64,000 bases of DNA from Raillietiella orientalis. Its lineage: Eukaryota. A program made the position numbers and the translations under genes. Of this stretch, positions 37,789-51,544 are shown one piece after another. The DNA lies in NCBI GenBank assembly GCA_036172245.1, contig JAYWIR010000023.1:1488001-1552000 (forward strand), written 5' to 3'. The notes beneath the pieces were generated by a model. That model saw only the letters and a list, made by a program, of their open reading frames with translations. It had not been told where the DNA came from and did not search any database. The stretch's first letter is position 1; each line of letters begins with the position of its first letter.

Positions 37789-40199
37789 AAAGCATATTGC
37801 CGGTTTCCCGTTGTCACAGTTTCCATTCAACCGTGTCTTGCAGGAGCAGCCATGGATACTTTCAGTTTTCTCATTTTTCTTTTTTTTCTTAGAATTTGGA
37901 TTACTCATTGCTGGCACATCGTTAAGCTGGAAAAAGGCTAGGAAATCATCTGCAATGATTTCAGAAAAGATGTGATCATCCCGTTGATAAGCAGGTGATT
38001 TACACAGCCAAGTAATAGCTCTGAGTTCCTGAGATGATATCTGCTTTTGATCAGTCGCATGAGTGATCATGACACCCGTTCCTACTTTCTCAGTGATTCA
38101 TGCTCTCTCAAGATTTCTAATCTCTCATGATTTCACAATGCTCTCATTTGATGTCCTCCCGTGTAAATAAGTTCGTTCTCCTCGCCTCTGCACCGTGTAG
38201 AAGAATTGCTCGCGTCCGTATATAATTGACTGTCTTCCGATGTTGGGTCACGACGTCACCATTGCTTTCGGAGGGAAACAGTGCACCACCTCTTTGGGCT
38301 TCGTTTGCTTGCAGCGTGGCGTGTAGCCACAGAACCACTTGCACTTGTGGAAGCCCAGAGATCCAGAGGAGATTACGCTTTTAAAGAAGCCAGAAGCTTC
38401 CGTACCGCATTCCGATGGCTCCATCTCGAATTCGGATGAAGCTCTGCCTTCTGCGTTTAAATTTCTTCGGCATCTAATCTCTGCCGTCGTGCTCCCAGAG
38501 AATCCTCGCTGCAACCGGGAGTCAGGAGAGAAATCTGAATTTTACGACCTCCGATGTGAAAAAAATACAAATAAAAAAAATAAACAAGCAAAATGCTGAA
38601 CGCCCCGAACGCAAGGACTCTGGTTCGGTCGGCTTCCGACTCTTGTGATGGTGGCGTGACCGAAATTCTTGTTTCGCAACCCCCATTTTTCATCTCATAT
38701 GCACAGAACACTGTGCTTTCCTTTAACGCGGAGCGTGGATGTGACTTTGCGCGCATCATCTCCAGCGGATGATGTATTTATTCATTGTAAAGACACCATT
38801 AGGTCGAATGGCGAGCAGGTAATCTCTTACCAGCTCCGCAGTTCTTTCTGTTTTCAATCAGCTTCGCCGTTTTCGATTAGGTTGCGATCCACGTCTCCTG
38901 TGGCTTTGTTTCGATTATGGAATGGCATTAGAAGAATAGTGGAGTGGGGAATGAAGAATCGGTATAATGGGAACAGGGAAATCGGCTTTTGAGGGTAGTC
39001 GCAAGCCAATTCTGAGGAAGGTAAGCGCATGTGTCATCGTTTCGTTGCTTATGTTCAATCCGTTAACTTGGCACGTTCGGAAAAAAAACATCCCGCGATC
39101 CTGAAAAAGCACTGTGATCGTTCCCATGGACTCACGAAAACGCGAAGCAGCAACTTTCAACCACTACATCACCCGGCTCTCGGAATCCATGGAAACCACC
39201 TCTTCCTGCTTATGCAAGGGCTCGAGTAGAAACGAACGAGACACTACAGGGCTGGAAGCCTTGATTACATCGTATCGCACACGCGTGTTGACTCGAGTAA
39301 GGAAAAATGAAACAAACAAATACTTGTATTAGCATAAATTGTGGCATATTCATCATCATTATTCATCCACTAATGAAACATGTGCTCTTCTGATTCAAGT
39401 GCTGCGCCGAAAAGCAAGCACAGTAAAAACCGTAGCTTTGCCATCACCCAGCTGCAAGAACGTCGGCGTGCAGCGTTGCTGATGGTGAGAAGCGCAAAAT
39501 GCCTTGGGCTGTAAGGAGTTTGAGAACACTTTAAACTTTTGTGAAAAGGAAATGAAGCAAAATAAGGAGCGGTACGTGCGATTCGGCTGACCATGTGGAT
39601 GTCTGTGCCCTTTGGTTTGCGCATGAAACAGATTTCTTGGCTCCTAAGAGTAACGAACAGTCCTCAGAATGGATAAGCAGCCGCACACACACGGAGAGGA
39701 AGCAGATGATGAACAAACGAATGAGCTGCAAAAAAAAGGGAAGCATTCGATGGACAACCTCTTCGCTTACGCTGGGGATTTGAATTTAAATTTAATAAAT
39801 TTCCATGATTGACAAGTGTGAATATTCAGGCAAAATGTGGTATTCACATCGGTGACCTTCTCCGTTGACCCTAAGGCCAAGTGGCTACTCAGATTCTTGG
39901 GGATACGCACATTGATAACTCTGTGGAAGCATCCATCGAGCATCTTTAGATAATTTTTAAAAATCATATAAAAAAGGAAAAACCTCTTCTTCTGTATTGC
40001 CGATTTATCTCATCTACCTATTTAGGGCCTGCAAATGGGCTTTTTAGGAACCATTAAAAAAAAACACCAGTGCTGCCTTCTGACCTTTGACTAGGAAGTC
40101 AGCTGGACTTTTGAGACACACAGGAAACACCAAGATTTTCTTACCTCTGCCCGGGAGCGTGGAATTTCCTAAATGACCGGCAAACATGAAGTGTGGGAA

Positions 40200-40650
40200 A
40201 AAGGATCGAATCCAGGGAAAAACTTGCTTTTCTTGGTTCTCCTGTGTCCAGAGGCGGAATCGAGGAAATCTGGATGGGTGGCTACGTCATGAGACTTCCT
40301 GCCACTCTCCGTCCCAGCCAGAAAGCCTGCAAGCGTTTCCGTGTGCCTGAAAGAGAATCAGTTGCTAAAATCCCGGTGGGTGCACTTGGACACCCCCGAA
40401 TTCCGTGGGCGTTCTCTCCGTGGCACCGTGGGGAGCCACTTCACGGGCCAGCGTCGAGAATTCCTCCTGCGGGAATGGGTTGTGCACCGGGAACCCTTTC
40501 CTGCCTTGATACTGGGCGAAGGGCAGGCAGTGCTGGACATCCCCTCGTGGCGAAAGCTGCACCAGAAAATTACCTCCGCCTGCATGAAATTCCCAAATCT
40601 TAAGTTGCAAATTTCCGTCCAAGGACGTGACCGCTGGGAGGGTTTTGAAA
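40200..40650 (+). mobile_element. RT C-terminal/thumb remnant
   Basis: SWRKLHQKITSACMKFPNLKLQISVQGR resembles NW....KI...L..W....LS..GR. Confidence 0.5.
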
Positions 40651-40753
40651 CTCGGTCTTTGATTGGCGAGGAGAGAACTGATGCTTTTTCAAATGCAAAA
40701 CTCCCACACGCTCAAGAAGCGGAATCTGCATCTTATTTTCGAAATCGTTTTAA

Positions 40754-41720
40754 CCCGGTGACGCAGGGATGTTTATTTAAAAATAAAACAAACAAACACG
40801 TCAAAAAAAAAAAAAGTCCAACGGGTGACCACCGGCACACAGGCCGATCCTAAGGAAGTCTGAAGCGGGAAGTAAAGGACAATAAATAATCAGAAAAAAA
40901 AAAAAGGGAGGTTAGGGACAGCCATCTCTGTCTCTATCCACTCCTTCCTGCTAAAACTGACGCTGGATGGCGGTGATCATCCGTGGCGACTTTTTCTTGC
41001 AAGTGAAGCCACCCTGATTCTGTCATGTGGACGACTGCCATACGGGTAACCTCCCTTCACGACGCCCTGGACTCCGGCGCACGGCTGGATGCGACGATGG
41101 TGCGTCGGATGCAACGCGTCGCGGCAGCCACGGCGCCTGTCGGGAGTCTGCGAATTCGGCGCGCGAAGAATCACCGCAGCAAGTCCTTCTTCAGGAAGCG
41201 GGGCTGCTGGAGACACAGCCTCCGCCGTCACAGCTCGTGGAGGACACCGCAGCAGTCCAGCAACAGGTGCGGAAACGACTCGATCGTCCCATTTCTTGAA
41301 CAGTCTGAGGACGCCACTCCCTGGTGTCGACGCTGGTTGCATTGGTAACCTCAGTGCAGAAACAGCAGCACGTCTTAATTCCACCTCAAGGGAAACACTA
41401 GAGTATCCAGACGCAAAAGACGAACCCCCAGTTCTTCGAATGGCACACTCAGGAGCTCGATCCCACGAAGCCCCTTCGCCCGGGAACGAGGATGGCCGCT
41501 TCCACTAGTCCGCTGGTCATCCAGACGTTCAGGGGTTGCTCGACTCCTGCAATGGCGCAAGGGAGCTCCCACCATTGCAGCCGCTTGGATGCTGTCACTA
41601 TTTGCCCTCAGAGCAGACAGAGCTGCGGCAAAGGATGTGAACTGCCTCGTTCAGTCCTGCAGAACATCTCCTAGTACTCCTGAAATCACCACTTTTGTAG
41701 GAAGCACTGTCTCTCTGAAA
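40754..41720 (-). mobile_element. family A retroelement 3' part
   Basis: AAALSALR, WELPCAIAG, LSVPFEEL, LVFPLRWN*DVLLFLH and IESFPHLLLDC are very close to the 61.6-kb copy. Terminal AATAAACATCCCTGCGTCACCGGG. Confidence 0.85.
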
Positions 41721-41849
41721 AGGGAGAGAGAAGAGGAAATTAATTTGGTGGAAGCGCGTCGATCGAAAGTTGAAGCGATCGTCTTTGTAATTAATGAGTT
41801 TTAATTGCAGGCTGCATCTATTGTCTAATTATCTCGCTCACCAAAACGG

Positions 41850-43100
41850 AAGGTGACACGAGTACGCGAGGTGACGCGTGCTTTTCTTGAAATACGTCTC
41901 CTGCAGCTACTCCTTAGCGGCAGAGATCAGGGGATTGATTACGGTGATCAAATGTTCATCCATGCGGTGAGGCGCGATCTGCTGTCTGAAGGATTTGTGA
42001 CCGCCAGGAACGGTGCGGGCAGAATAGGTCCGAGGTGCACAGCATACAAACCACTACATCTACAAACAACCTCCCGTCTCGTCCAGATGCAGTAGGATAG
42101 CCAAGAAGCTGCATGGAAGAGCGGAAAACTCAACCAGAGCATGCCGGGCTCCAATTCACGGACCTCAGACGCGACTGGGTACTGCAAGAAGAGTTGCTCC
42201 TCTCCAGATGCTGCTCCTTCCCTTTGAAAAATTTCCCACCGCCCTGCAGAAGGTCAGGCGATAGGAGGAAAGCAGGCATGAGACAACGAGCTCTCCATTT
42301 CTCCGCCAAAACAGTTCCAACAGGAAGGTCTGATGTGTCGCCCCAGACCAAATTCTGGGCATGCTGGACTCGGAGCTCAAGGTGGAGCCTTGACGAGCTT
42401 CAACACCAGAATGAATACATCAGAAAGAAGCTGGTGTGTTTCAATGTGAAGTTCTACCGTGACATCTTTTGGTGCCACCGCCTATGTAGACACGAGCTGT
42501 GAAGAGGAACGTCGCGTGGACCGGTGCCCTCGTTCAGCGGAGTGAATCACAATGAGGTGGAAGTGGTGGATGACCCCTTTTTCCACCGATGACTCCCATT
42601 CTTATCTAGTGGGAATATTCAAAAGCAAGTAGTTACCGTGGAGGACCGGAAGCTTGCGAAAACAACAAAATGTCCGTATGCTGAAACAAGGAAGGTCTTC
42701 TTCCGACGCCCTGCTGGTATATCGGGAAGTCCCGGCGACATCTTGGCAGTTACCAGAACGGACGCAGTGGGCACACGCCCAACTTCCTCCCTGGCACCAC
42801 GAACGGAAGTTCTCATTGAGTTACTGGTTCTCGCCATCCTTTCTTCACCTACTCCCACATAACAATCCCTCACTACCCCATCCATTTGGGGGGCTCTTTC
42901 AAAGGATGACCTTTTCCACCGCGATTGTTCCCCCCACAGTGCAGACGACTCCAAGCAACGCCCTCAGAAATAAGGCAAGTAACCCTCCTTGCCTCATTCA
43001 CTGGAATTCCACACACAACAGGTCAGTGAGAATAACAGGAAACTCTTCGAAGCACCTGACGTCTAACGATGAGGACACTCGAAAAGTTCTCAACTCTCAA
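41850..43100 (-). mobile_element. decayed ORF1/endonuclease region of a non-LTR element
   Basis: PDIPAGRRKKTFLVSAYGH (decayed GQ.KTC..CG..GH knuckle) lies upstream of VTNPSDSRSRL (cf. FT....SRLD). Confidence 0.35.
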
Positions 43101-43949
43101 AAGTTCTCCGCAGGAGCGGAAACCGAGGCTTGTGCGGCCCGAAAGGGTCAGCCAGAAGAGCCGCAAGAGCAGCCTCGAGCCCAATTGCCTGGTTGGTTCA
43201 GATGTGGGGCTTTGATGAGAACTGTTCGGAGCAAGGCCAGAGTGACTCTCCAGGGGCGAGTTCCTTCGAGAATCGCCTCCTGACTCATCTGCTAGCTCTG
43301 CTTCTTCGGAGGGACTCAAAAAAAGAAAGAACATTCAAACGGAGCTTCTACGGGGAAAGATTCCCTGCTTTGAGGAAACGAGGGGAAAAGTCAGTGGAGA
43401 ATGGAGCGTAATGGCACCTAAAGTCACAGGGGAGCCACCACCAGTTTTTTCGGCTGGAGGCCACGGAAAGAATTCCTACTCCCGGATGTTGCAGCATGAC
43501 ACCTAGGCACCCGCTGAAGTTGGCTTTGGACGCACTCGATGACCTGGTCGAGATCAAGAGGAAAAAGGTCAATCGGCCCATCCAAGTTGTTGCGTCATCG
43601 AAATGCCCCCCTGAAAAGGCATATTCCGCGTTGCGCTTTCAAGTGTTGCCATTCAACACTTTGCTAATCAACACTAATCAACCGATTGACCTTTTTCTTC
43701 ATAATCTCAACCAGTCATCGAGTGCACTGCGTGTTCAAAATGGATCGCCATTTTAGAAGAATGGGACTGAGACAATGGCTCTACTTGTATTCTGTTGACT
43801 CCGATGCGCCCGGAGCATTTCTCGTAATTTTTTCCCCAGAAAACATTCCAGAAAAAAGGGACGCAATACGGGACACCAGAGACCTCGAAAAAGCTCGAGC
43901 TGCCCTGGAGATGCTGCTAACAAACCAGCAGGATGCTCACTGAGGTCTT

Positions 43950-44450
43950 GTCAAGGATGCTGACCATGTGCTAGCAAGGAGGTCGTCATGGGGATGACAT
44001 CCCTGAGGTTTTTGTCCCCTTTCTGAAGCTTCGGTGTAGCCGGGGAAGCAGGGAGTGGTTGTCTCCGCGACACGCGGCATTCTATTGCTTTAAAACATTC
44101 CTGGTAGTGTTTTTGGTGTTCAGGAAGGACGTCACCCACCCACATCGGAGGCCACAACAGTCCACTAGCAGGTCCGGGAAGGCTTCGGCCTTTTGTGTCC
44201 CTTTGTGTTGTGCGGATGTTCTTCCACAAACGAGAACTCACGGCGGGAACAGTTCGGGCAGGAGCAGGGTCCGCCGCTGCTGCGAAGATCTCGCGCCCCG
44301 TGTGGTGGACTTTATGGACAGTCTTCTGTGGTCTCGCAGGGGCTTTCGGCACGACGGGAGAGTGTAGCCGTCATCTCGGATGGCCGTTTGCGATTGCCTT
44401 CGTCTGCATGGGGAGAGCAACGTAACGGCCCAATCTGAAGATGCGAGGTA
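43950..44450 (-). mobile_element. L1/Tx1-type C-terminal remnant
   Basis: SSRLWKNIR followed by a decayed knuckle-like MPRVAETTTPCF. Confidence 0.35.
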
Positions 44451-44584
44451 CGAGGTCCAATCTAACTTCTGACGGTTGTGGGCAGGCTAACGCGATACCG
44501 GTGAGCGCACCTCTTACCATTAGCATCATCCCCTATTCGGAACAAGTCCCCAGGAATCATGCACCGACGCGTGCACCGCGCAAG

Positions 44585-45436
44585 CCGCTTGGTGCCCGTG
44601 TCTGAGGTCACGTGGTTGCAGTCTCCGCGCGTGGCACCAGGCGTCGTGGGTTCGAATACTCGGAAAGAATCGACGCCAAAAAATGGGGGTGCGTGATGGA
44701 TCCGAGTTCCTTCTGCAAGATGACGCTGGTTGGTCTACATTCGGGTGCGCCACTGGTAGCGATTAAAAGCGGATGCCTCTGATGAGGGCCGGACAATGGG
44801 AGTCGACCACCGGGTCCTTCCAGGAAACAGAATCAAGGAATAGGAGTTCCCTTCCGGTTGTGCACAGGAGCGGTTCCCCTTCGGAGGACAGAGAGTGCGA
44901 GACGGTACGAGACAGAGAGTTCTCCGTCTCGTACCATGGAGTAGGTGTGGTACCTCTCCAGGGTGCAGAGAAGCGCGCCGCTCCCTTTGGGGAGCGCCCT
45001 TCTGATAAATTTTGGGAGCGTCCCTTCAGGGTTCCCTTCAGAGGAGGAAACAGGGAGAGGTTCCCTCACAGGTTCCCTCAGGAGGCAAAATCTCTAATGG
45101 CATATCCTTCCCGGTTTCCTTCGGAGGAGAAAAATGTAGCGGACCCCTCCGGAAGTCCCTGCGGAGAGAATAGGGAAGGAGATCCCCTTCGGAGTTCCCC
45201 ATCGGAAACAACCAGGTTGGAATATCCCTCGCCAGGCGTGAGAGGAACGGACTACCTTCTTCGGAGTCTTTTCTGGATGCACAGGGTGGCTCCTTCCCGG
45301 GGTACCCCCTATCTTGAAGAATTATACGCACCCTCGGGTGGCGTGGAGCAGCGTGAAAGAGCAGCGGGAGCCTCCAGGCGCCCGATGGTTCTTGAGGTCC
45401 TCAGTAAAGCCAAAAAAAAAAAAAGAAAGAAAAAAG
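44585..45436 (+). repeat. dispersed repeat B (tRNA-like head, in-frame minisatellite, A-rich end), longest copy
   Basis: B-box-like GGTTCGAATAC at 44649-44659, 39-42 bp repeats at 45020-45260, and an A-tract at 45412-45436. Homologous to 34830-35338 and to 58625-58965 plus 60178-60335. Confidence 0.7.
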
Positions 45437-45549
45437 CTGGAAGGAAGACAGGGAAGCCAGAAAAGAATGCAAAAGGATTTTTTACCTATTTATTGTCCTT
45501 TTATCCTCTCCCTTCTCTCCCTCCATTCCTTCCCCTTCCCCCATGCCCT

Positions 45550-45890
45550 TCCACAATCGTGGAATCCTCAACTGCTCTGATGGGGATTCGATGTTCCGTC
45601 CGAGTTGTTGCGCCATCGAAATCGTCCCTCTGTAAAGGCATCTCCTGCGTTGCGCTTCTGGGCGCTGACGACCATCCAAGTTCTTGACCGCGCCGGACGT
45701 GAACTTGGACGGGTACCTTGGAAGAGAGCTCGCAGGGAAGTTTCCCCCCTGTCCCCAGGGAGGGTACATCCCAGCAAGAGCCGTCCCTCCCAGGAGCAAT
45801 CCAGGACACGACTGAACTCCAAGAACGCCTGGATTCATAGAATGGACCCTATGAATCCAGGCTCAGTGCAGCACGCGCCGACCCTTCCAT
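45550..45890 (+). mobile_element. APE endonuclease C-terminal remnant
   Basis: LGADDHP (cf. SDH) followed by ELGRVPWKRA (cf. RG.G.WKLN). Confidence 0.4.
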
Positions 45891-46619
45891 GACTGGAAGT
45901 TTCGATTTTTTTTTCTCTGTTTCAAATGGATGCCCCGACAATCTGGGACGAGAGGGTCTTGAAGATGTGCTCCTCCTGAGTCCAGCGTTTCATTCCTGGG
46001 ACACATTTCTTCTTCAAGACGGCTTTTGCCCCGACGCGAATGTCGGACACGGTGCCAGGCGCACCGGACAGCGCAATTCTTACAGATTTGAATTTAACAA
46101 ATCATCTTCCCACATGAGATGACATCGACGCATCCCAAAACCGACAGATCGCCGCATACCTCACGCTTTCTTGAGGGTCAGAATTTTTGGCCGACCCTTC
46201 CTCGGAACCCCATTGTCCCCTGAGGTTGCGTGGCACCCGAGTAGGAGGACGCCCGCCAAGGACTCAAGGTGCATCGGAAGCCCTCCCAGCGTGCCGATGG
46301 AGAGCCTCACTCAGAATTCTCCTTCGTAGTTTCCTCGGCATCCAGACCACACTCGAACTCGTGGAGCGTCTCCCTTCTCAAGGCGAGCGAGCCGCAAACT
46401 CAAATCCTTGGATACTTTGGGTCAGTACTCACAAAATCTCAATTCCTCTATTAATGTCATCGTTGCTGTGTTCGATTTAATGCTGAGTGGTGGAATCTAC
46501 GGTCAATCCAGAGGACGAAGAGTCCCTTCAGGAAGACTATTCAGTCTTTGAGGATCTTGAGAAGCGAAGATGAAATTTTCAAAGGGTGCTGTTTCAAAAC
46601 GGATGATGAGGGATGGATC

Positions 46620-47450
46620 TACATGACGATGTAATCAAATTACAAGCCGTGGTGACCTTGAAATGAAGAAACGAAGAAAGGGTTGTCTAAGGGATAGCGG
46701 GGTGATTTTCTTCTCTCTTACGACGCACCCGCAATCATGGGAAGCGAACTCGCCTGCGTGTGGGGAGCAGAGGTCAACCGAAGCCGAGCTTAGGCTATGT
46801 CTGTTGGGAAGAGCAGGTTTATCCATATCAAAACTGAAAGAGGGCACAAGCAGATGAAAGGAGACGTTGCCATCACCCGTATTTTCTCTCCAGTTCTTCC
46901 TGCAGGATTCTGAAGGTCCGTCCATTGGGGCCAGTGACTCTGTTCCCATCCGGGGATACCTGTGTGATGGAGCTCGCCATCTGTTTTCTGATGTGATTCG
47001 CCTGCTTTCGAAAAGATTTCCTGTCCTCTGAACGCCCCATCATTTTTCGGACCCTGAGCTTCCGGTGACGCGGGCAGCATTGCTCGCACGGCAGTGTGAA
47101 CTTCGGAGGCGAAGGGGAGAGCCAACCCCCTTCTGACGCTTTTCATGGATTCTGGCAGGCTCAAACGAGGTCCAAGAGTAACCTGACCTCCTACTCTTCG
47201 CCATGGAATACTACCAGGATCAGACTTTCAGCTTTAGAACTGTTCCCGGAACAATCTCGACTGCTATCTTCCGGTGTCCGAATAGAATGGAAATGTTCAT
47301 TGGAAGAGATTAAGCGATTTCCTCTCAGATCGAGGCAGCAGATAGCAGCCACTAAATGCAGAGCGAATTCTCCAGCAGAAATCATCATCTTCGGATCGAA
47401 TTTTCGAGCAGAAACAAATGGCGCCCGTCGAATGAAAGTGCGCACAATGA
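46620..47450 (+). mobile_element. APE endonuclease remnant of a non-LTR element
   Basis: SRGDLEMKKRRKGCLRDSGVIFFSLTTH and DAFHGFW..SNLTSYSSPWNTTRIRL resemble APE motifs in the correct order. Confidence 0.45.
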
Positions 47451-50400
47451 TGATGGCTTGATCCGTTGCAGTTACCGAAGAGAAGGCTTCCTTCTGTTGG
47501 GGAGTTCTTGCGGTCAAATGTAGAGGGAGAGAGAGTGATTTTTCGGAAAAGGACGAGCCAAGATGAAAAGTTCCCCGAGCCTGGATCAGTAGAATTCCAC
47601 ACGAGATAGTGCTCGCAGCCAAATATCCTGAAAGCAAGAGCAGCCTACGCTTGCCTCAATCAAATACTGGAATTAGAAGGGTGATGATGAACGTAGCTTT
47701 CCAGACGCTTACTTGAGTATTGGACGAATGCTGGACGAGTAAGATAAAATGTCCCGTTCTCCTTCTGCACTGCACGGGAAGCCAATAGCCTTCTCTCTGC
47801 TTGTCGGAGAGTATGTGGCTCTTCTTCTATTCGAGGGGAAAGCGAACAAGGGTGCAGGTTTTCATAGGTTCCATGGAGATGGGGTGCAGTCATAAGTGGC
47901 ATCAATGGTGATGGCGCCCATTAAAACAAACAAAAAAAAAAAAAAAGCACCATGAGCGCTCATTCTGAGAGTCTATGCGAAAGTGCGACATCCAATCTTT
48001 TGCAGATAAGAGTTACCCTTCTGCAATTTGTGTTCGGAGACAGACGGCGTATCCGAAGGCTATCCTTAAGCCTTGGTACATAGTACGCAAATCTGCTCAA
48101 ACACCGGCAACAGGACCCGCTGGTGCAATGTGGTCGATCAGCTTCTAGTATGGATAACTCGGACTGGAGCGTATTCGCCGGACATAGGGAACAACGGGAC
48201 ACAAGCGGTGATAGGGTATTATCCCCCCAGGAAAAACACGAAGCCCGTGAGGTGCATGCGGCCTGCGGAGTTTTTCTTGTTTGGCACTCGAGACTTTCTA
48301 GAAATTGTTCCTTGAAATTTTATTCTTTGGAAAGGAGAAATGAACCTTTTGAAATGATGGAATAGTGGAGTAGATGTTTGCCAGTTGCGGATGCTGAAAT
48401 CATCCTGCTCTCACTTTTTTTTGACCAGAGTTAGTATACGTGGTGTAAGGCTGTGGAACGAGGTCTGTATCTGGAGTTGTTTAATAGTGGGGAGGCTGTC
48501 TGGTACCCCCAGCAAGGGAGGAGGTGATCAATTTTCGAAGTCTTCTGTCGTGACTGGTGCAACTTAGAAGATGATGGTTACGGCGTGGGTTCTGATTCGA
48601 ATGTTATAAAGTTCGTTGCTGCTAGCGAAAGATGCGGTTCGTGAAGGTTCTAGCAGAAAAATGCTGAAAAAGTTGCTAGGACGCCAGCTTATATTCTAAA
48701 ACGAAGTAAATTGTCCCATTCATTGCCTTCCTGATTCCTAGATATGAGTTATCGTTAGATAAAATTCATAAGATTTTGGATATCTAATTTTCTATTTTAT
48801 CACTTGAAAGTTTGCTCTCACTGAGAAACAGCTGATCGCTAGAGTCTGTTCCGAGTGAAATAATCCTTTTGTTTATCCTTCATGATTGTTTTATAAAGAT
48901 GACTCCTGTTTAGCAAAAGGGAATCATTTTCCCATTGCCTTTGTCCATTTTTTGCGAGCTCATTTCCAGCGCTGACAACTCGAGTAGGACGACCAGCCCA
49001 GCAACTGGACCCGTGCAATCAGAGGTTTTTATGTCCGTAAAGAAAAAGAATGAAAGAAACTGGCTTCTACAAATTTTCCGTATTTAGATATTGACATTTG
49101 CAGCAATTGTGATCCTCAGCGCGTTTCTTGGACGCGTATGAGGTCGGCTGCCACAAAAACGTCCCCAACATCGTCGTTTTTTCGGGGGAATTCCTTCAGG
49201 AATCTGCTTAATTGTGCATCACTTTATGTATGTCCTGACCAGTACACTCGTCTGGTCTGGAAGGAGAATTCTAAGCCATACCGAAGTACACGTTCATCTC
49301 TTCAAGTCCAAGGAGGAAAAGAATCGATGACACTGTTCAGAAGTTGATGGATTTCTATCACTTGGCAACCAGGGTCGGTAATCGCAGAAATCTTAGAGGA
49401 AGAAGCTGAGTTGAAGCTTGCAAAATATGATTGACTCTTTTGAGTCTTCCAGAACGAACTTACCCCACAATGGGGGGGGATTCCTGATCAGGAAGAAAGA
49501 CATAGGACCTCAGAGTTGACCCAGGCAGGATTGGGCCATGGTGAACTTTGCCTTGATTTCTGTTTCATGCCAATCGATCAAAGCCGAAAAACAGCAAGCA
49601 ATGGGAATCATCATTATGCTTTCAGGATGTTTAAAACACGAGTTTGAGGAGAGATGTGCTGGGGTCCATGGGCACAGCATTTTCAATCAGTTTCATGTCT
49701 TCGTAAAATTCACTCTTGCTTTTGAATACGAAGGAAGGCGGAAACATCAGTGTTCATAATCCTGAATTTGTTGGAGAATGCAATCCGAATTTTTCCTGCC
49801 ACTTTTTCATTTGGGAGTCCAAGAGCGGCAAAGTCCAAGAGAGCATCTCTAATTGCTAATTATTATTACTGTAATTCTTCCATCGGTTGTCAGTATGAAT
49901 AACATGAGCAGCGAAAGCAAATTTTTCTCTTCTTGCTCTAGGACAAGCGTGTTCGACTTGGTCCAACGCTGAGGGCCAAATAAAGGTGCGTCGGTTGCTG
50001 CCAGAACCCGTGTTGATCTGTGATGAACTGTGAAATCAGCATGGGTATCATATTGTGTTATCACAGAGACATTGCCTGTGAGCAACCCTGAATAAAAGTG
50101 CCATATAATAAGCCGTACCTTTCAAATTTTCCCACAACTGCTTATCAAGATTATACTCCATTTATAAAACAGGAACCTATTGAGATAACTATCAGTCTGT
50201 TATCTCGTGCTGTGATTTGCATAGTGGAAAGGCGAGATGCAGAGAGACAGTTTCATCGGAATCTCTCAGGTATTATAGGGAAATTCACAATTTGGCTTCC
50301 ATGAATACAAATAATCTATAATATTATTATTTTAGACGCATTCACACATTTATAATTATGCTCAAATTGAGAGATCATTTCTTACGTTACTATGGAGACT

Positions 50401-51544
50401 TCCTATGTATATGACTTGGAGGAATTTCATTTTCTAGGACGCCGTATCTTGAAAGCCTAAAGGCAGCAGCGTAAAAATGTCTCTTCAGAGACACTGCTGC
50501 ATGAGCATTTCTGTCATAACATTGCCATTTCCCTTGGTATTTCAACCTTGTATTACGGGAGCAAGAAATATCAGTAAACTTATCCACACAGTTTATGGAA
50601 CGTGGCTTCTATCTGGCATTCGGTTCTTCCCAGCATTTTGGTTTGGCGGCTTCTGTTTTCTCCGTGGTATTGAATTGCAGCCGATGCCTTCTTTGTGCTT
50701 GGCCTTTAAGTTTCAGTTGTGGTGACTCATTCATTTGAGTTAATCGATTGAAAGGTGGCTTCTATGGAAAGCTCTAAAGGTTTGGAAATGAAATTTTCCA
50801 TTTCCTCCCACCGAAAAGCAGAACACATACACAAACTCCCGAAAAGCCTGCATCTTACGTCACGGAAATGAATGCAGCAAAGTTATCAGCTGGTGGGTGA
50901 GGATTTAAGCAATCGTGACCAAGTCCTAATAAATCACTCAAAACCTACGAGTGACAAAGGGGTGCATGCGCAGGGAAACAAGACATTGCTGGTCAATGAC
51001 TCGTAATCATCTGAGATAAACTTTTTCCACTTGGCACAAAAACTTCATGGGGGACCCAGGTGCCTGTTGATTTGACAAGAAATTTTGCTGATATATGCAT
51101 TCATTCCACCCAACTTGTAGGCCAATAGGAAAGAAGTGGGTGATAAGAATGTAGGGAGATAAACGAGAAGCTAAAACATAGAATCCATAGAACCATATTA
51201 ACGAGCTACCCCAAATGTCAGTTATCCGTTTTTATGGAAAAGAACAGTCTCTTCCATGGCATTTCTTCAGCTCCATGTTTTCTGCATTTAATGCACTATT
51301 TCTGAGTATCGTCTGTTCCTGCAAATCTTCTGGATCCTTAGTGAACACTGAATATGTGAGAATAGTCCGTACCCAGATTTTGTTCTAAATCGGGTCTTAG
51401 ACGCTTCTTCTTCTTCTTCTTAAAGGTTTGGGGACTCCGCGTTGCGTGCAATCACAAACCCCAAGTAAATCCAAGCAGTTACAAACTTCTATACTGTGTA
51501 CTGGAATTCATAATGTTTTCATAAGTACAGTTAGATGTAGCTGA

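Noticed and set aside
44595..44665. Functional tRNA gene
   Set aside because: No intact cloverleaf or acceptor stem can be built; it is part of a dispersed repeat.
44985..45265. CRISPR-like array
   Set aside because: Units are degenerate with no unique spacers, no cas genes are present, and the context is eukaryotic.
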